A stretch of DNA of 64,000 bases from Oopsacas minuta (Eukaryota > Animalia > Porifera): assembly GCA_024704765.1 (NCBI GenBank), contig JAKMXF010000313.1, positions 279,450 through 343,449 of the forward strand, given 5' to 3'. Within the stretch, counting starts at the first letter, position 1. Each line of letters opens with the position of its first letter. The position numbers were made by a program, and so were the translations under genes. The notes below the pieces were generated by a model. It was not told the DNA's origin. It ran no database searches and saw nothing but the letters and a program-made list of their open reading frames with translations. Below, in pieces: positions 1 through 11,448 of this stretch.

Positions 1-36
1 TCGTGAATAGCACCATTCAGCATAAGTTAGGCATGA

Positions 37-503
37 TGTTTTGCAGAAATTGGTCCCCCCATTAGTGATTACTTAATAGGCTTTAGGCTAAATAGGAGGC
101 AATTAGTTGACCAACCCAAGAGGAGCCTGCAAAATCTAGAACAAACTTCCATGTTTTATAGTTCGGATTAGCGAGGTGGTAATTCTCCATTGGATTAGTG
201 TTATTTCACTAATCCGAACAGTTTGTGTTTTCATTGACACAAGACTGTTCGGATTAGCATAAAGTATGAATGGCCTACTATTATGTCTAAAGCTTATTAA
301 GTAATCACTAATGGGGGGGGGGACCAGATTTGTAGGGGGAACATTTTTGTCAATTATTTGTGGAATCTATAAAGTGCTGTGTTAACCGCAATTTAACCAC
401 AATCAGTAGTTAAACAGGGGCCCCAAATTCTACAAGAAATTTGAAATTTGCAGAAACTGGTCCTCCGGACCAGTTTTACAGGGGGATCAATTTCTGCAAA
501 ACA
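37..503. mobile_element. MITE-like inverted-repeat element
   Basis: TGTTTTGCAGAAATTGGTCCCCC (37-59) is inverted as GGGGGATCAATTTCTGCAAAACA (481-503). Bases 51-86 are also inverted at about 287-327. No clear TSD. Confidence 0.55.
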
Positions 504-2094
504 ACGTTATGCTTATTGTGGTTATACTACAATAATCAATATTATTCAAACGCGATTAATCTATAATTCTATATAATAATAATAATAATGATAAATATAA
601 TAATAAAAATTTAGTGCACACCCCCAAGACTGATTTTTGCCATACAGGGGTATTCGGGCCTGACTCGGACAGGTTTGAGTCTTAGACGAAAATTCACACC
701 TGACGAAATTATGATGCCATTGCCACCTTTTTGGATTTTCTTAAAATCACATGATTAGCCACACTGCTCAGCGACCTAGCAAGCGAAGGGCGCTAGTGTT
801 AAATAACTAGCTTGTTTCGAAGATACTCATCTGCGAATATAAGTATTAAATAAAGATATGTATTAAAATTAAAAAAATTGCCGAGGAGGGAGATTAAATG
901 GTGCGGGCGGAGATGATAAACAAGTATATTATTTTATATGGCCTTATAGCTAATTTATTCGAAAAAGATTCGTTGAAATTTACCCATTTTGCAATGTCGA
1001 AACAAATATTAACAGCAATTTTTTATTTTTTTGACGTAAAAATCCTAGTTAGGTGTCACAATTTGATGACTTAAAATTAAATTCGAACAGTGTGCTAATG
1101 TCCAAAACTGGGAAAAATACCAGTGAACGCCGGTATTTTCCCAGTTTATGAAAATTGAATATATGAATTAGCCCAATTTCAGTGACAAATATCAACAAAA
1201 AATTTCTAACAAAATTCCAACACAATGAAAAATAAATTTTTGGGAAATTTAAAGAAAAAACTCAATTGACAGGTTTTTGTTAAAAATCGGACAGAAGCCG
1301 ATTTCAGTTTAAATTTCTTTTGGAAAAACATAGCAGAGACTTCGTCTCTGCATTTTCTATTAAGGAAAAGTATCGATTGTGAAATCTCGATATCGATTGC
1401 TCAAATTTGATCGATTGGATAGACTTCGTCGGAGTGTAGGACATTTTAGATATTTTTTCATAACCGATATATCAGTGCCAAACCTTGTCAGCATGAATTT
1501 TCCTATAATTATAGGGATCACATAACCATGTTTGGAAAATCTTTCTAAAAAATGGTTCAAACTCGATTTGAGATATTTTCCTCCTTGTTAAGACAGTCGG
1601 CCCTTGGAGTGATAACAAACGAAAGCCACCACCGATATATCGTAAACCTTCTGGCTCAGGACTACTATACATTTATTCGAGTGAAATGTACCAGTTTATT
1701 ATTAGTTATTAACTGCGATTATAGAATTGTACAATACGTACCCACTTCCTTTTATCCATGGTCCAGTGAAAACAAGCCTTGTATGTAAAAAAATTGTGCG
1801 ATTTTTCATATTAAAGCTTGCCATACAACTAGATGTATTCTTTCTAAGGATTTTCAGATTTGGGGTCATCACCAATATGACAGTCCAACTGGTTTCATTC
1901 ATTTTAATATGTCACTTTGTGACACATTTTGAAATATTAATATAGTACATATACTAATATTTGTACATTTTACTGTATAAAATAGAAAAACTCAATTTTC
2001 AACAGTTCTTTCATTATTACTAATAATTATCAATCGTCAGACTCTCCACCACATTTATAATAATAAACAAAGTAACTTCCAGTCCAGTGGGTCT

Positions 2095-2838
2095 CTATAG
2101 CTTCTCGAATATGAGAACATAGCCACAGCTTACACATATTTTATTGTACTTATCTGTTTCTGAATCGACTAACTCCTCTGGTCCATAGGAATGTTCATGG
2201 GAAGCAGGTCGGAAAGAAGCAGACGCTTCCTTGAGTGAAGATCTTAATTTTTTCATTTCTTTTTGATACTTTTTACGTTTTATATTGTGTGATATTTCTC
2301 TCCGTTTTTTTTCCTCTTTTTGAATCCCTTCCTCTCCTCCCCACACAAGGAAAGCTTTCTCTCTTACTTGATACTCCAGAAATAGTTTCATACGAGACCA
2401 TCCAGAGTTGCGAGGATTCCGTTTTTCTATAAATAACAACTTCCCTGTTGAATCATCTGCCATATGTCTGTCAGTCAGTAAATACCTTTGACGAACTTGT
2501 GTTGCCGTGATGAAGTTATATTTCTGGTTTGTGTCTTTACAGTTATCACAAACATTAATGTTAAAGCTCTTTAGAAGATAAGAACAAGAGAATTTAACCA
2601 AACATTCAATACAGACATAAGTGACGTAACAAGGCTCGTTCATTCGTATTCGTTTATTATCTAATTCTAAACTATTAATTATTATATTACTTGTAGAGAT
2701 CGGTCTTTTGAGAGAATCTATTCTATCTTCGTTTAGTGCTTGTGTTTGAATCTCATTCAATTCTGGAGAATACTCTGCTTCCTTTTCTAATACATGCAGC
2801 TTGTCTAGGCCTGGGCTAGAAGTCTCCAAACCTGTCAT
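2095..2838 (-). CDS. XPA: DNA repair protein XPA
   Basis: C4 zinc finger CIEC...VCDNC, then ITAT..YLL, KRNPRNSGWSRMKLFL, VWGGEEGI, KKYQKEMKKLR and a C-terminal HEHSYG...KICVSCGY. These are all XPA hallmarks. Confidence 0.93.
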   Translation of the reverse strand: MTGLETSSPGLDKLHVLEKEAEYSPELNEIQTQALNEDRIDSLKRPISTSNIIINSLELDNKRIRMNEPCYVTYVCIECLVKFSCSYLLKSFNINVCDNCKDTNQKYNFITATQVRQRYLLTDRHMADDSTGKLLFIEKRNPRNSGWSRMKLFLEYQVREKAFLVWGGEEGIQKEEKKRREISHNIKRKKYQKEMKKLRSSLKEASASFRPASHEHSYGPEELVDSETDKYNKICVSCGYVLIFEKL

Positions 2839-3399
2839 ATCTGATTTAGAAATTAATCAAAAGAGTGGTAATATGATAAGAAGCATTATTCAATGCCCAT
2901 TGATTTATATGTATAATGTATCTTCGATGGGTAGTTCCGCATAATTTGGATGTATATAACCAGTTCATGACTCAGTACACTCTCAGTTATCTCAACACCT
3001 TCGTCTTTAAATTTCAAGTTTGGAATTTCAGGACGTGTGAACATTTTGTAAATTAGAATATTTGACTGCATATTTAACTAAAACAGTGGAAGCTCTATAA
3101 TCGGGGATTGGAGGACATATTCAGATTAACAATCCCTTGAGTGTCTACTTAATCATTTTGACATTTATACAAGTTTAACAATGTAAAATAGTCCTAATCG
3201 AGATTGACTGTTCAAATAGATCACTTATAACGTATTATACGTGTTAATGGACCATTGATAAATGAGTCATGAGTAGATGGGTATGACCTTCAACTTTATT
3301 ATCAATTGACATTTCAAATAAACACATAATCGAGAGAACAGAGCTAAATATTGAGATATCATGATAAAGTAGTCTTCTCACTCCTGATACAAGAAAGTA

Positions 3400-3882
3400 T
3401 TAAATTGGGACTATTTGTGTATTACAGTCATATATTCCTACTGGCAGGTTACTTGCATCGTCAAAATCTGCCCAATCCCCGCTATCAAGAGCAATCCCTT
3501 TAAAAGCAGTTCCAGTAACAGTTCCTTCACATACAAACTCTCCGTTGGGAAGGAACTCGTAAGGCTCTATTCCTCTGCCCTCCACGACAACAATTGTTTT
3601 GAACTGCTCGCTGTCCTCACTGGTGTATGCAGTCAGGAAATCAACACACATGTTCACACTGTTACTTCTGCCACACATTTTACACTTGATAATTAAGTTA
3701 GCTTTACCCTTACCACCTGCCATAGGGAAAGTGTCCAGTGGATTCACTGTATGCCACTTCTGTGTTGACTCACCACAGGCTGTGCACCGTAGTTTCAAAC
3801 TCCAAATGTAATCAGCTCCAGATACACGAAGATTGGTACAGTTCTCCAGCAGAGCTTTTATCTGAATCGCGAATTTACCCAT
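3400..3882 (-). CDS. CZIB: CXXC motif zinc-binding protein (C1orf123/DUF866)
   Basis: 160 aa with MGKFAIQIKALLEN, LKLRCTACGE, GGKGKANLIIKCKMCGR, EGRGIEP and DWADFDD, matching the DUF866 family. Confidence 0.92.
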   Translation of the reverse strand: MGKFAIQIKALLENCTNLRVSGADYIWSLKLRCTACGESTQKWHTVNPLDTFPMAGGKGKANLIIKCKMCGRSNSVNMCVDFLTAYTSEDSEQFKTIVVVEGRGIEPYEFLPNGEFVCEGTVTGTAFKGIALDSGDWADFDDASNLPVGIYDCNTQIVPI

Positions 3883-4975
3883 TCTGTATTCTGCTATGTA
3901 CTAATCAAAGAAAATATATCATTCGATTAGGTTTTGAGTAATATTTATATTGTTAAGCAGATTTAAAGATTATGGCAGTATCATGTTTCCTCCGGTTAAG
4001 ATTACGAGTTTATGTACTCGAGGGCAGTAGACCCGAGTAAGGACACGAATTGTTTGCAACTGCGTAGCGGCAAGTTAAATATAAATTTAATCATTAATTA
4101 TATAATAAGAAGAAATGCCTTCATTTATAAATAGGACTTTTCCCCATGTTTGATTCATGTTGGTGCAATGGAACTGTAACTGGTAACAGCACTAGGTCAG
4201 GAATTTTTACTCAATTTTCAATATATTGGAAGCTGAGTATACAAGATAACTCAGCTGACTTATTTAGATTTCTTCAATATAGAAACTATTATAGTTGAGA
4301 AATTAATCATGTATAGGCCTCAGAGTTTGTTTATAATAACATTGACGCGTGAACTAAACTAATATAAGGAATGGAAACTACAATTATTTTCTGGACCAGA
4401 GATAAATAAGAAATGCATTGTAGTTAATTCCAAGTTAATAACTCATGAAGCTATCATAAAGTTTCACAAATTTGACGTGATGAATCACAAATTCACATCT
4501 AGAAAATATTTTCAAATCGAAAAGACTTCATGTGATCGCCTAATAGGCTGATATGTTAGAAAAATGCTAAGGCTATAAAACGCAAAATATTGATCTTAGA
4601 TTTCAAAGTTCAATTACGAAATATTCGAAATATAATTGTATACGAAATATCAATAATTGTCGTGATAAGGTTAGCTAGTTCTTGAGTTACAGTTGGAACC
4701 ATAGATTGCACTTCTATGTCAATACTCACTTTTAACTCGATAATCGTTACAATATAGTAATATCAAGATAGCTAATTTATATTACATACTCTGATAATAC
4801 TTTTTGATCTGATATCTCGTACCATTATGACGTAATCCTGGGTATGCCCATATATGGTCATTTTCAAGTTGCGCATTAATCTTCAGAGATGTCAGATTAA
4901 AATGTAATAGCAAAAGCTGTTCCTATTCAAATAACCTCAACTAATACAATTCAAGTATATTATAAAACAAAGTTA

Positions 4976-6505
4976 TTAAGATGTAAGTTCTTTCATTATA
5001 TCCGTCAGCATTGGCACATGCTCTCCCTTAGTTGTTTGCTTTACTGCATAAGTACTGATAGCAGCGAATCCTCCAAACAAATCACAAACGTTATATCCCA
5101 TTCCCTCCAGCAGTGACATTGCAGTTGATGACCTGAACCCTGATTTGCAGTAGCAAATGTATTTATTATCTTTTGAGAGTTTCCCTGCTTCAGCTCTGAT
5201 ATTTTGAAGAGGCAAGTTGAATTTAGCATGAGTGAGATGATTGCTATTGTACTCTAACGGGAATCTTACATCTATAAAGGTATAGCCCTCAGCAAGTAGT
5301 TGAGTTACATCTTCTTCATTCTTGACTCGCTTCCTCTTTTCAGAGATTGAAACAGGTAGACCAGCTGCTTTCCAGGCTTTGAACCCACCCTGCAGACAGG
5401 TAGACACGGTGTAGCCAATCCTAGCGATCCTCTGTACTGATTCCGCCTCTTTTCCCTCTTCAGCTACGACTGCTAGTCTCTCTTCTCCTCCCAAAACATA
5501 ACCCAGTAGCATTGCGAAATTTCCATCAGTTACTCCTATCTTAGCTCCTCCTTCTCCCCCCAGGTAGAAATGGATTGATTTGGGAATGTGTCCCTTCTGG
5601 AATTCTGTACTAGACCGGGTGTCTATTACTATCACATTTTCTGCTTCCAATTTTTCTAAGAACTCAGCTGGAGCCAGCAGTGAGACTTTGGACATAACTT
5701 CTGCTAACACTTCGCCCCCACTCAGATTACTGCTTACTGCCTGTGAGAAGTATGCCGGAACATTGCCTATATCTTTACAGAGAAAATCTACGAATTCCTC
5801 AACCTTCCCAGAGAATTGAAGAGCGGGGTTGCTGGCTCTCTGATTCCCTATAGTAGACCAAAGATCTCCTTGTATTGCTCTTCCACAGGGAGATCCAGGA
5901 CCATGAGCAGGAAACACAATTACGTCATCAGACAGTGCCAGAACCTTCTCATACAATGTACTGTACATGAGTAGAGCCATCTGTTGGGGAGTCTTGACTT
6001 TCTCGTTCACAAGGTCAGGCCTGCCTACAGATCCTACGAATAGAGTATCTCCAGTGAAAGCTGCTAAACCTTTCCCAGTAGAAATGTCTTGCAGCAAATA
6101 CACACAGGATTCCATAGTATGTCCTGGACTGTGGATGTAATAGAAATTATATTTTTCGGACAGTTTAAAGTGTTCACCATCTTTAACTTCTGTAAATGGA
6201 AATCCAACTTTTGATTTATCAATTGGGCCTAGGAAAATCGGAGCTCCAGTGCGAATGTTTACTTCTTTGTGACCTGCAACAAAATCTGCGTGAATGTGGG
6301 TGAGAAAAATCGCGCGTAATTCATACCCCTTCAGATCCTCTAAGTAAGAATCGATATCTCTTCTTGGATCAATCAGAACAGCACTATTCTCATGGATAAT
6401 GATATATGAGGTTTGAGCAAGGCAAGATAGAAAGTATGTGCGAATTTCTACCTCACCAATCGTCTGTTTTGAAACTAGTCCACTTGGTAGTGTAACAGAC
6501 TGCAT
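4976..6505 (-). CDS. MBL-fold persulfide dioxygenase with two rhodanese domains (CstB/Blh-like, bacterial type)
   Basis: MBL motifs THIHADFVAGH, SPGHT, FTGDTLFVGSVGRPDL and PAHGPGSPCG. First rhodanese has IDTRSSTEFQKGHIP but no obvious active-site Cys; second has IDVR..EY..NH and YCKSGFRS. Confidence 0.88.
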   Translation of the reverse strand: MQSVTLPSGLVSKQTIGEVEIRTYFLSCLAQTSYIIIHENSAVLIDPRRDIDSYLEDLKGYELRAIFLTHIHADFVAGHKEVNIRTGAPIFLGPIDKSKVGFPFTEVKDGEHFKLSEKYNFYYIHSPGHTMESCVYLLQDISTGKGLAAFTGDTLFVGSVGRPDLVNEKVKTPQQMALLMYSTLYEKVLALSDDVIVFPAHGPGSPCGRAIQGDLWSTIGNQRASNPALQFSGKVEEFVDFLCKDIGNVPAYFSQAVSSNLSGGEVLAEVMSKVSLLAPAEFLEKLEAENVIVIDTRSSTEFQKGHIPKSIHFYLGGEGGAKIGVTDGNFAMLLGYVLGGEERLAVVAEEGKEAESVQRIARIGYTVSTCLQGGFKAWKAAGLPVSISEKRKRVKNEEDVTQLLAEGYTFIDVRFPLEYNSNHLTHAKFNLPLQNIRAEAGKLSKDNKYICYCKSGFRSSTAMSLLEGMGYNVCDLFGGFAAISTYAVKQTTKGEHVPMLTDIMKELTS

Positions 6506-6806
6506 AGTATGTCTACAATGTTATACAAGGGATTCAACATAAATTAAATATTAATGAGGATAGTTAAGATTATTAAGAGACTGGCATCGTATCCATTCTA
6601 GAATCGTCGGCTAGCTGTGTAATTGTAAATGATACCATTGGTCAGATCCTATCAATACAAGTTTCCTGCCAAATACCATCCTTTCAATAATATCCCTGAA
6701 AGTTGTAAAAGTAACATTAGAACTACACCCAGTATAAGTTTGATAGTATCTTGAAGGATGAAATTATATCTATAGGAATTTAAGTTGGGTGAACAAAATA
6801 TGATTT

Positions 6807-6978
6807 CAAAAATTACAACCTGTGCCGACAGCTTAGTCTATTCATTAAATTTGTTTAATAAGTGGCACTATGTGCATTGGGATTAATCCTGACCTTTCAT
6901 AGTGCCTCCAATTAATAGTGCCATTTATTAAACAAATTTAATTAATAGACTAAGCTGTCTGTACAGGTTGTAATTTTG
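6807..6978. mobile_element. Small fold-back MITE (about 170 bp, about 64-bp arms)
   Basis: CAAAAATTACAACCTGTGCCGACAGCTTAGTCTATTCATTAAATTTGTTTAATAAGTGGCACTA is inverted with few mismatches at the right end. A related arm fragment (GACAGCTTAGTCTATT) occurs at about 36670. Confidence 0.65.
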
Positions 6979-7982
6979 TATTTTTTCCTCGCTGCGCTCG
7001 GATTTCAAATCCACCAAACAATTTATTTACAAATTAATATGATCATCCAGCCTATATAATCTTTAATTTGTTTGCAGTAAATATCAGTTGACTAAATAAT
7101 ATTAATAGAAGGGGATACTGGAGGAGATTTCATCGGTACAAAGTCAAGAGTGTCAAATTCGGAATCAGCGTATTGAATTACCCTCTTTTGCTTTTTAGAA
7201 CAATCTACGATTATCCAAAGGTTATATAATCGGGCAGATACATGTCTTTAAACTATCCATGGTTAATTTGAAAATATTATATTCATAAATATAATAGAAA
7301 TAATTAATTCTATCCAGTTTTGGCTGCAGGGCTTTACGGAGAAAAAATATAGAACAAATAATATTATAGGCAACCATTTCAATACTTGGCCACTATACTA
7401 AAGTATAGTCGGCACAGTAAAAACCCCGAAAATTAACCTAATTTGGTGAGACTTTAAGATAGTACAACACTCATGAAAGTTGATTCAGATAAAAAGCAAT
7501 TGTAGATTTGGATACACTTACATGTTTCTAATCATTCTCAAGATATAAATAAGAAAATTTCTCACTGGAAGCGAATAACCCACTGTGTATAGTGTATACC
7601 GTGATTACCATTTATTTGTAGAACCAGATATCTCTGGATTAGTAGAATAATTCCACAACTTGTTGAAAATGATTTCAATCTACGTATTTCAGATATCTAT
7701 ATAACAAGATCACTTGATAGGTCAATGCTCTGTTTCCAAAAGCCTGATGTAAGCTAAATTAATATACGTAACTTCAGGTTGTTTATTCTATTAGAATTAT
7801 GCAAAAGTAAATTAACGTGCGAACTTTTAAAACTCACCATCAGTGATGAACACGTAATATAAATTTTGATTCTATTTAATTAAATTAGACTCTGCAATTA
7901 CGTCATAATGGAACTGACACTATATATACACATGTATTCTGAATTAAATTTTATCTAAATTATAACTTCTTTAAATTTACAA

Positions 7983-8678
7983 ATGTTTTCACGACGTGCT
8001 GGACCTCCAAAAGGCAAGGAAGATTTACCGAAAGGAGACTATAATAAGTTAGTTGAGAATATAATAGAAAATAGAGAATCAACTTCAGAAATAGAACCCG
8101 ATGGTTTAGAGGAAGCTCAATCAACTTCTACTTTACCTTCTCCCACCAAGTTGGTTGCTCTTACAACATATAATGCACAATCCAATAGAGTAGGAATAAA
8201 TCGTGAAATTACAGATTCTGTCCAAGCAGCACTTGAGTTATTTCTCCCTAACTGTTACATTTCGTGCGATTTATTGGAGATATGGAATCAGTCAGATATC
8301 GAGATAACTCCAGATGAGTCCGGACAATTCCTAATGTATGGAAAATCAGATACTTACCACAAACTTTATGTGTGTTCAAACAAATTTGACATGGGAACCA
8401 AATTCATATTTCTAAATTCTAAATTAATTGGTTCTGAGACTAAATACTATGTAATTAGTCCTTACTACACAGACAACAAGGTACATATACCTAGCAATAA
8501 AATTCTATGTGCAAGTGTTGAGATTACTGAAGCCGTCACTGAAACTCCTCGAGCTGTAGCTAAAGTTTTGCGACAAATTCAAAGAGGAGATAATGGGTTA
8601 CATAGTGATATATTTACTTGGATTATTGAAGGAAGAGATGAATTAGGCATATCAGGACGCAGTATATGCATTATATGA
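7983..8678 (+). CDS. Orphan ORF A (231 aa), paralogous to the overlapping ORF B
   Basis: Open 231 codons. Shares a roughly 150-aa motif series with ORF B (LYVCSNKFD/LYLCINRYD, KFIF, YYVISPY/YYITSPY, CASVEIT/CAAPVDIT, SDIFTW/TDNFNW). No family recognised. Confidence 0.7.
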   Translation: MFSRRAGPPKGKEDLPKGDYNKLVENIIENRESTSEIEPDGLEEAQSTSTLPSPTKLVALTTYNAQSNRVGINREITDSVQAALELFLPNCYISCDLLEIWNQSDIEITPDESGQFLMYGKSDTYHKLYVCSNKFDMGTKFIFLNSKLIGSETKYYVISPYYTDNKVHIPSNKILCASVEITEAVTETPRAVAKVLRQIQRGDNGLHSDIFTWIIEGRDELGISGRSICII

Positions 8679-9433
8679 AGGAAATATATTTGTACTGGAG
8701 AGTTGATGAAATAATATCAAAAGATACAAATATTCAGAGAAATATTATATTATCTGTTCCTACAATTAATACGGACACGTGTCTAAGAATCAAGAGAGAA
8801 CTAACACCTAAACAGTTCAGAAATATTTCCGAAGCTTTGAATATAATTCTCAAACTCCAATTTATAATATTTCCACATAATTCTACTGTAAAATTAGGAA
8901 CAGCGTCCATCGAGCCCAATTCAACCTCTTTTATTAGATTAGCCAATAACTCAAATTTCAAGTTAGGGCCCACAAAAAGCAATTATCTCGGTTATGGAAT
9001 ATTTACTACCAATCCTAACCTCTACTTATGTATCAATAGATATGATAGAATGATCGTTAAGTTCATATTCCAATGGTATTCTGCTGGCAGATATTACATA
9101 ACTAGCCCTTATAAACCAAAAATACTGCAAATCAATGGTGGAATTCCTTGTGCAGCACCTGTTGATATAACTTATGCTTTGAATGCTTTCAACCCTGTAG
9201 ATGCAATTGCTCAAGTCATTTCTGGGCTTACAACAGGGGAAGACAGATACAGTTTTGCTACTGATAACTTTAATTGGTTTATTCAGCAAAATAGAGAGGA
9301 AGTAACGGTTCGTTCAAATAGAATTGTCACTAGCGATCTTCTCTACTGGCAAGCAACTGAATCTCAAGGAGTCATCCAACTGGCAAAGAGAGATCCACTG
9401 AAGTTGAGGATTGAATGTTTTAATTTAACATAA
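8666..9433 (+). CDS. Orphan ORF B (255 aa), overlaps ORF A by 13 nt in the -1 frame
   Basis: Open 255 codons with internal homology to ORF A. May be the frameshifted second half of one two-repeat protein. Confidence 0.7.
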   Translation: MHYMKEIYLYWRVDEIISKDTNIQRNIILSVPTINTDTCLRIKRELTPKQFRNISEALNIILKLQFIIFPHNSTVKLGTASIEPNSTSFIRLANNSNFKLGPTKSNYLGYGIFTTNPNLYLCINRYDRMIVKFIFQWYSAGRYYITSPYKPKILQINGGIPCAAPVDITYALNAFNPVDAIAQVISGLTTGEDRYSFATDNFNWFIQQNREEVTVRSNRIVTSDLLYWQATESQGVIQLAKRDPLKLRIECFNLT

Positions 9434-9745
9434 GCGGTGTGATTATATAGACCCTAATTTAGGGACCGGACAGGACGCTTGGGAACTGAGAAGGCCAGTC
9501 TAACTTTAATAGGACGGAGTGTTTATAACTTCACCACTTTTTCAATAAATTTCATAATTTTGATATAGATTAGAGGGTTTAGGTTAGACATATACTTGAT
9601 TGCATTATTTACATATTTTTATGATTTAGTAGATAACTAGAGAATTATTTCAGTTATGTAGATGTAACTAGAACTATGCTCTAGTAAAAATATAAGAATG
9701 ATTGCAATGTGTGAAAATATGTTACGGTGCCCCCCCCTGGACTAG

Positions 9746-10906
9746 TGGTCCTAGGGTGAGATGTCCCCCCTTTAAAAATACATGTACAAGGATTATCACC
9801 AAAACAATCATAGGCGTCATTCACCAGGCCTTATCTTTCCAGTTAACTGTTATATCCGAATTCATTACCTACACTTTACTCTTTTCTCTCCATAACCTAA
9901 CTTATTACTGGCTCTCGGACACATTACTATCGGGCCCTGGTACTTTGGTACATGGTACCAGACTCACCCCTTCTCGCGGGCCCTGGCCCTCGTGTCCTGC
10001 GCCTATGTATTATATTAATATACTACTTGCACTTGTGGTGGAAAACAATGTGTTCAATTTCAGTAGGTTAATGTATACATACTGTCAAACCCTCGAGGGC
10101 TGGGCTGACTTGGACAGTATGTGACAGTATATCACGAGGCGTCTCGTGATTTCGTTTAATTTATACCGACTCCCCTAGCAAGTACCGTCGAGACCTATGT
10201 TATCCCGATTTCATAGGCTATAATATTCCTTGCGATCCTTTCATCCTGAATTATTCTATTTTATTCTGATATTCTACGTACGAGTTTTTGGCTCGTCGCT
10301 TCGCGATGAACTCGACGCATTGCGCCTCGAGGTATTCAACGGACAGACAAACAGACAAACTACAATTGAGATTTAATAATATTGATGTTGTTTACAATAT
10401 TCAGACTCAGCATACTCGAGTATACCAGTATTGCCGTTGAAAATATGATTCTACCACAATATTGAAATTTGTTTACTTTATGTACCTAAAGGTAAACAAA
10501 TATTCACAATATGTTGTTTGCATGCGTTTACTTTACATTCATAAAACCAACAATAAATTTACATATGATTAATCCAAAAATGTGAAAATCGGATTCAGGA
10601 TGTTCGATATATTTAGTGAAGTATTATTGAATTCTATTTACTTCCTTGATAAACACGATAAATACATAGTTTTAGCGTGTCAATTTCAAAATTGCATACC
10701 GTAAATCCTTTCCTTGACAACGGACAAACAAACAGACAGACAGACAGACAGACAACAATTGAGATTTAATAATATAGATTACAGATTGCCTCAAGGCCAA
10801 ATAATCGCGAAAGTCGGTTGAGAAGCACTTCTCCACATATTAGTCTCTCTCTAAGAATCTGGGTATACTTGGTGGCACTTTTGGGGGACATCTCGCCCTA
10901 GGGCCA
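9746..10906. mobile_element. Probable TIR non-autonomous element hosting a Helitron-like insertion
   Basis: 24-bp inverted repeat with 2 mismatches: TGGTCCTAGGGTGAGATGTCCCCC (9746-9769) and GGGGGACATCTCGCCCTAGGGCCA (10883-10906). True termini and TSD not resolved. Confidence 0.4.
10281..10778 (-). mobile_element. Non-autonomous Helitron-like element
   Basis: On the minus strand: A|TCTATATTATTAAATCTCAATTG, a (GTCT/GTTT)n microsatellite, and a 3' end GCGAAGCGACGAGCCAAAAACTCG|T. No TSD. Homologous to 11449-12203. Confidence 0.7.
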
Positions 10907-11448
10907 GATGATTGGGAACCCTCTGACAACGGTACTACATAATTCAGATTAATAAAATATTAGTACATCTCTCTGTCATCAGATATCATCCTCAAATAAA
11001 TGCTGTGGCCTGTTGGGTCTACATTCAACAAGCACTGTTGTAGAGCAGATTGTTGCGATTCACATGATATGTTCCAATCAAATCGGAGAGTTTTTATGAA
11101 TTTTGGGACATAGTTTAGTGACATTCTTTTTATATTTTTCTCAATATTATCTGACTAAGTCTCGCTACGTTCGCTCATTCCTCACACAATAATTTAATAG
11201 CTACATATAAGAGATAATATATACCCCGTGCCCGAAGTGCACCTCTTGACACGAGTGTTTGGAAGTTAACAATATGGTTACATTTTAAGTCCATTATTAC
11301 AAGCAAACGAATATTTAAGGAAACAACATCTCTATAGAATGTCCAGGGAATTTAGTTGAAAATGGTTGGTACTTGGTAAGATGCAATCATCTTGAAAGAT
11401 GCATGAGCTCACTATTGGTCTGTTGACGGGACCTTTATTATATATTAA

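Noticed and set aside
1360-1945. Penelope-like RT remnant (IYRKPSGSGLLY) and the short ORFs here
   Set aside because: A single short motif needing a frameshift, with no YxDD or GIY-YIG support.
2886-3071. Upstream coding exon of XPA
   Set aside because: Candidate splice joins give a stop or non-XPA sequence.
8662-8702. 41-nt GT-AG intron joining orphan ORFs A and B in frame
   Set aside because: Frame-compatible, but it lacks a pyrimidine tract and would delete the YLYW motif that aligns with LLYW in the second repeat. An indel or overlap is preferred.
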